Shown here: in pieces, positions 37,404 through 41,585 of the stretch
How positions within the stretch are numbered: the first letter of the stretch is position 1
Layout: each line of letters starts with the position of its first letter
NCBI GenBank assembly: GCA_945860325.1
Contig: CAMARL010000001.1
Span: 1-41,585 of the forward strand
Direction: 5' to 3'
DNA length: 41,585 nucleotides
Source: Spirosoma fluviale
Lineage (GTDB): Bacteria > Bacteroidota > Bacteroidia > Cytophagales > Spirosomataceae
Made by a program: the position numbers and the translations under genes
The notes under the pieces: model-generated
What the model was told of the DNA's origin: nothing
What the model saw: the letters and a program-made list of their open reading frames with translations, nothing else
Database searches by the model: none

Positions 37404-38726
37404 ATGGATATGACTTATTTTTTTCAATTTCTTTTTATTGCTTTACTCGCTTCCATGAGTTATTTAATCGCCATGCGATTTAAAGGAATAATAGCTACGA
37501 TTCGATTGTCGCAACCAGTTTATTTATCAGACCAACCAGCCGAACGCTGGAAGCGGGTATTTCTATTAGCTTTTGGACAAAAAAAGATGTTCCAAAAACC
37601 TTTTGTTGGCCTCATGCATTTCTTGATTTATATCGGTTTCATTTTGATTAATGCAGAAATTCTGGAGATTATTTTGGATGGGATTTTAGGAACGCATCGA
37701 TTGTTTGCTCCCTTTTTAGGATCACTTTACCCTCTACTTTTGAATTTTTTCGAGCTCTTAGCAGCCGGCGTATTTTTAGCATGCCTCGTATTTTTTGCGC
37801 GTCGGGGTATTTTCAAAGTCCAACGCTTACAATCTGAAAATCATTCAGAATTAAAAGGGTTTCCGATCCGAGATGCCTATACTATTTTAATTGTTGAATG
37901 TGTGTTGATGGCAGCATTATGGACGATGAACGCGACAGATGCGGTCTTACAAAGTAGAGGAGTCGAACATTTTCAAGCCGTAGGCTCGTTCATTATCTCA
38001 GAAAATTTAATTCCATTCTTGGATTCATATAGTACGGATGCTTTGTTTTTGATTGAGCGAATTGCATGGTGGTTTCACATCGCAGGCATCCTAGGATTTG
38101 CGCTTTATGTTACTTATTCCAAGCATTTACATATCTTTTTTGCATTTCCTGCTGCTTATTATTCTAGTTTAAAATCATCTGCCTATATTCCTAGTTTGGA
38201 TTCTGTCACCCATGAAGTCAAATTGATGTTAGGTCAACCCGCGTCGGGCGAAGCTGCGCCGACCAACTTACGATTTGGGGCCAAGGACGTGATGGACTTG
38301 AATTGGAAAAATCTTTTAGACGCCTACAGTTGCACTGAATGTGGCCGCTGCACGGATCAATGTCCGGCCAATCAAACAGGTAGGTCATTATCTCCTCGAA
38401 AAATAATGATGGATACCCGAGATCGCTTGGAGGAGGTTAGCGTGATTTTGTCAAAAAATAAAGGCCAATTTGTCGATGACGGCCAATCATTATTGGATAA
38501 AATCAGTGGGGAGGAATTACGTGCTTGTACCACTTGCCAAGCGTGCGTGGAGGCCTGCCCCATGGAATTGTCGCCCCTAAACATTATTTTGGAATTGAGA
38601 AGGTACCAAATCATGGAAATGTCGGATGCTCCTGCGGCATGGAATTCTATGTTTTCTAATATTGAAACAAATCAAGCCCCTTGGAAATTCAATCCTTCGG
38701 ATCGAATGAATTGGGCAAAATCATAA
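37404..38726 (+). CDS. Membrane-bound Fe-S oxidoreductase, N-terminal half of a FadF/HdrED-like protein (NarI-like TM domain plus 2x[4Fe-4S])
   Basis: TM helices with His residues (LMHF, WFHI, SKHLH); CTECGRCTDQCP and CTTCQACVEACP. Confidence 0.88.
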   Translation: MDMTYFFQFLFIALLASMSYLIAMRFKGIIATIRLSQPVYLSDQPAERWKRVFLLAFGQKKMFQKPFVGLMHFLIYIGFILINAEILEIILDGILGTHRLFAPFLGSLYPLLLNFFELLAAGVFLACLVFFARRGIFKVQRLQSENHSELKGFPIRDAYTILIVECVLMAALWTMNATDAVLQSRGVEHFQAVGSFIISENLIPFLDSYSTDALFLIERIAWWFHIAGILGFALYVTYSKHLHIFFAFPAAYYSSLKSSAYIPSLDSVTHEVKLMLGQPASGEAAPTNLRFGAKDVMDLNWKNLLDAYSCTECGRCTDQCPANQTGRSLSPRKIMMDTRDRLEEVSVILSKNKGQFVDDGQSLLDKISGEELRACTTCQACVEACPMELSPLNIILELRRYQIMEMSDAPAAWNSMFSNIETNQAPWKFNPSDRMNWAKS

Positions 38727-38729
38727 GCG

Positions 38730-39725
38730 ATGAAAAAAGTATTAATTGGCCTCTTAGCCCTGATAGTCATTTATTTTGTAGGACCTAAGCCAGATGCTCC
38801 GGTGTTAAATCCAAGTCCAACTTGGACTCAAATTCCGGATTCGATGACGCAAATATCCGAGTTTATTCAACAGAAAGAATTGGAAAATAAGGAGTTAAAA
38901 CCTGGTAATGAAGCAAAAATTATTTGGGCTGATTCATTAAATCCTCAAAAAACTAAATATGCTTTTTTATATGTGCATGGTTTTTCAGCCTCGCAGATGG
39001 AGGGCGATCCGGTACACCGACAAGTTGCCGCGGCGTTTAATGGAAATTTAGTATTAGCTAGAGTTGCAGGACATGGTGAAAAGACATCTGATCGCACTTT
39101 GGGAAATGTGACAGCAGATGAATATTATGCGAGCGTTGAGAACTATTTGGCCATAGCGAAAAAACTGGGCCAAGAGGTAATTGTGATGGGGACATCCTTC
39201 GGTGGAGCGATGACCATATATTTAGCCTCAAAACACCCAGAAATTAAGGCCATCATTTTATATGGTCCATGCATTGCGGTGGCAGACCCAAGTGCAGCGC
39301 TATTAGACAATCCTTGGGGGCTTCAATTGGCCCGCCTAATAAAAGGGGGAGAATACAATGAAATACCAAGCACAAATAAGGCGCATGATGCCTATTGGAA
39401 TTTGCATTATCGATTTGAGGCTGTGGTAGAAATGCAAAATTTCTTGACACACACGATGAACAAAGAAGTTTTCAGCCAGGTAAAAATGCCTGTTTTGCTT
39501 ACGTATTATTATAAAGATGAAGCTCATCAAGATCAGGTAGTTTCGGTCAAAGCGATGCAAGAAATGTTTCCTGAGTTAGGGACATCTTCTGCACTTAAGC
39601 AAGAAATTGCTTTCCCGGAATCAGGTAATCATGTGATTACATCACCAATTTTGGGGAATAAAACGGAGCTTCCCATGCAAGCCTCCGTTAAATTTTTAAA
39701 TGAAGTCGTAAAATTAACTAAATAA
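38730..39725 (+). CDS. Alpha/beta-fold serine hydrolase (carboxylesterase/lipase-like) with N-terminal signal or anchor
   Basis: VHGFSAS, GTSFGG nucleophile elbow, DQVVS, GNHVI. Confidence 0.88.
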   Translation: MKKVLIGLLALIVIYFVGPKPDAPVLNPSPTWTQIPDSMTQISEFIQQKELENKELKPGNEAKIIWADSLNPQKTKYAFLYVHGFSASQMEGDPVHRQVAAAFNGNLVLARVAGHGEKTSDRTLGNVTADEYYASVENYLAIAKKLGQEVIVMGTSFGGAMTIYLASKHPEIKAIILYGPCIAVADPSAALLDNPWGLQLARLIKGGEYNEIPSTNKAHDAYWNLHYRFEAVVEMQNFLTHTMNKEVFSQVKMPVLLTYYYKDEAHQDQVVSVKAMQEMFPELGTSSALKQEIAFPESGNHVITSPILGNKTELPMQASVKFLNEVVKLTK

Positions 39726-39727
39726 TT

Positions 39728-40510
39728 ATGTCAGAGGTGGTGTTAAATATTCGAACAATGGCTGATTATTTAGCTAAGGGTGAAATGCCAGAATATTTAT
39801 TTTGGGTGGGTTGTGCAGGTTCTTTTGACGACCGACAAAAAAAGGTGACGCGTGCTTTTTGTGAGATTTTACAAAAGGCTGAAATTTCATATGCCATTTT
39901 GGGAACGGAGGAATCTTGCACCGGAGATCCAGCTAGGAGAACAGGAAATGAATTTTTGTTTCAAATGCAGGCGATGAGCAATATTGAGGTGCTCAATATG
40001 TACCAAGTGAAAAAGATTGTGACGGCCTGTCCACATTGTTTTAATACGTTGAAAAACGAATATCCGAGCCTTGGAGGAACCTATGAGGTCATTCATCACA
40101 CGGAGTTATTGGCTCAATTATTGAAAGAAGGTAAGATAGAAATTTCTGAGGAAAGGGAGGAAATCGCATTTCATGATTCTTGTTATTTGGGTCGAGGAAA
40201 TGGGATTTATGAGGCGCCTCGCGAAATTATTGCGGAACTTCAAAAAGATTTAAAAGAGCTAAAAAGTTGCCGCACCAAAGGACTTTGTTGTGGTGCCGGT
40301 GGGGCCCAAGTTTTTAAGGAGCCCGAGCCGGGAGCCGTCGACATACAAGTAAAACGAACAGAAGAGATTATTGAATCCGGAGTAAAAAAAGTAGCTATCG
40401 CGTGTCCTTTTTGTATGGTAATGATTCAAGATGGTTTAAATAAAACAGGACATGACAAAGATATTCAAGTAGTGGACTTAGCTGAGTTGGTCCAAAAAGC
40501 AATGAAATAA
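39728..40510 (+). CDS. CCG-domain Fe-S protein (HdrD/GlpC/FadF C-terminal-like)
   Basis: WVGC...SCTGD...TACPHC and HDSC...LCCGAGG...IACPFC. Confidence 0.9.
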   Translation: MSEVVLNIRTMADYLAKGEMPEYLFWVGCAGSFDDRQKKVTRAFCEILQKAEISYAILGTEESCTGDPARRTGNEFLFQMQAMSNIEVLNMYQVKKIVTACPHCFNTLKNEYPSLGGTYEVIHHTELLAQLLKEGKIEISEEREEIAFHDSCYLGRGNGIYEAPREIIAELQKDLKELKSCRTKGLCCGAGGAQVFKEPEPGAVDIQVKRTEEIIESGVKKVAIACPFCMVMIQDGLNKTGHDKDIQVVDLAELVQKAMK

Positions 40511-40511
40511 G

Positions 40512-41006
40512 ATGTATATACCATTCGAACAATTACCCGATCAGTCACGCGTGTGGGTGTATCAAGCAAATCGTCCCTTGGTGGGCGCTGAAATTGAACA
40601 AATAAGTTCTTTTTTGGTGAATGAAATGAATGCTTGGGCTGCTCATGGAGCTCCGCTGAATGCATCTTTTGAGATTCGATTTAATCATGTCGTTATTGTC
40701 GCGGTCAATGAAGATGTAAATCAAGCTTCAGGTTGTTCGATCGACGCGTCGACACACTGGTTTAAATCTTTAGGAGAAATGCTCCACATTGATTTTTTTG
40801 ATCGGCAAATTGCTAAAATTCAAGGGGAACAAATTTCGCTCATACCGATAACATCGATTAAAGATTTAATATTGAGTGCTAATTTGTTGGAAGAAGATTT
40901 TATCATCCCACCTCAAACATCAGACTTGAATCAATACAGAAATCAGTGGCTTCAGACGGTTCGTGAGTCATGGTTGAAAAAATACTTCGTTAAATCAAGC
41001 GTTTAA
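40512..41006 (+). CDS. Hypothetical protein with WAAHG and SGCSID motifs
   Basis: 164-aa ORF with 1-nt spacers on both sides; SRVWVYQANR, WAAHGAPL, ASGCSID, FFDR; no Walker motifs. Confidence 0.75.
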   Translation: MYIPFEQLPDQSRVWVYQANRPLVGAEIEQISSFLVNEMNAWAAHGAPLNASFEIRFNHVVIVAVNEDVNQASGCSIDASTHWFKSLGEMLHIDFFDRQIAKIQGEQISLIPITSIKDLILSANLLEEDFIIPPQTSDLNQYRNQWLQTVRESWLKKYFVKSSV

Positions 41007-41007
41007 T

Positions 41008-41499
41008 ATGGCTGAAGATTTAATCAAAATTAGTGGAACAAGAGCGGATCAGTATGCGAATTTATATCCTCAGATTCAATCTTTGCTGGCCGGAGAAACG
41101 GATCTATATGCTAATCTTGCCAATGTAGCAGCGGCTATCCATGATATTTTCGGATTTTTTTGGGTAGGTTTTTATTTGGTGAAGGGAGATGAATTAGTCT
41201 TAGGCCCATTTCAAGGCCCCGTGGCTTGTACTCGAATTCCTTTTCATAAAGGAGTTTGTGGATACGCTTACACGGAAAGAAAAACAGTTGTTGTTCCTAA
41301 TGTAGATGAATTCCCGGGACATATCGCTTGTGCCTCTGCCTCAAAATCCGAAATCGTTATTCCGGTATTTCATGAAAATCGAGTGATTTTAGTCCTCGAC
41401 GTGGATTCAGATAGTTTGAATGATTTTACTGAGGAAGACCAAATAGGCCTAGAGAAAATCATGGGACTAATAGAAGAAAATTGGGGGAGCTGGAATTAG
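41008..41499 (+). CDS. msrC: GAF-domain free methionine-(R)-sulfoxide reductase
   Basis: ANLAN, WVGFY, LGPFQGPVAC, GVCG, FPGHIAC, SEIVIP, LDVDS. Confidence 0.9.
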   Translation: MAEDLIKISGTRADQYANLYPQIQSLLAGETDLYANLANVAAAIHDIFGFFWVGFYLVKGDELVLGPFQGPVACTRIPFHKGVCGYAYTERKTVVVPNVDEFPGHIACASASKSEIVIPVFHENRVILVLDVDSDSLNDFTEEDQIGLEKIMGLIEENWGSWN

Positions 41500-41585
41500 C
41501 GTAGTTTAGCAATAACTGTTTCTCCGCCGACAGGCTTATCGCCTAAATTGACACAAATTTCTGCGTCTAGAGGCAAGAAAATATC
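41496..41585 (-). CDS. psd: C-terminal end of a probable phosphatidylserine decarboxylase (5' part outside the window)
   Basis: Hand translation DIFLPLDAEICVNLGDKPVGGETVIAKLR*, which resembles the Psd C-terminus after the GS cleavage motif; only 29 aa visible. Confidence 0.7.
   Translation of the reverse strand, partial: DIFLPLDAEICVNLGDKPVGGETVIAKLR

Noticed and set aside
17172-40510. ComA plus an Hdr-like enzyme as a coenzyme M or methanogen-type pathway
   Set aside because: The genes are about 20 kb apart, no other coenzyme M genes are present, and both families occur widely in bacteria
2984-40665. Short track ORFs nested in or antisense to longer genes (for example 3002-3304, 10444-10752, 30436-30861, 35422-35805)
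   Set aside because: All overlap well-supported genes and show no recognisable motifs; treated as shadow ORFs
40512-41006. ATPase function for the SGCSID protein (homologues are, from memory, often labelled 'ABC transporter ATPase')
   Set aside because: No Walker A, Walker B or LSGGQ signature in the sequence
1-41585. CRISPR array, IS element, prophage or defence island
   Set aside because: No intergenic gap exceeds about 225 bp, no regular repeats were seen, and no transposase, integrase, cas or phage-like genes were recognised

Overview
AT-rich, tightly packed core-genome segment of a Bacteroidota bacterium. The gene set, TAnnTTTG promoters and lack of evident Shine-Dalgarno sites suggest Cytophagales; a streamlined freshwater genus such as Aquirufa is plausible but is only inference. 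It holds about 43 CDS (two cut by the window edges) and one tRNA-His. Recognisable genes: PhoP/OmpR-type regulator, LytS/LytTR pair, menI-menF, ccmBCDEF, feoAB, comA-dedA-aroE, ruvX, aroC-tadA, sodA, a CruF-like gene with a CarH/LitR-like B12 regulator, manC, a TonB-dependent receptor, uvrA, a split FadF/HdrED-like Fe-S oxidoreductase operon with msrC, and the end of psd. I saw no mobile element, integrase, CRISPR array or defence system, and nothing here proves a new system. Best leads: (1) the Fe-S/CCG oxidoreductase operon with an inserted esterase, a single-Cys protein and fRMsr; (2) ComA without coenzyme M context; (3) the SusD-less TonB receptor divergent from a lipoprotein hydrolase; (4) a recurring TAAATTGCG promoter-like motif. 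A Fur-type box at feoA and a pho-box-like repeat at the regulator are also visible. All calls come from reading motifs by eye; no searches were run.
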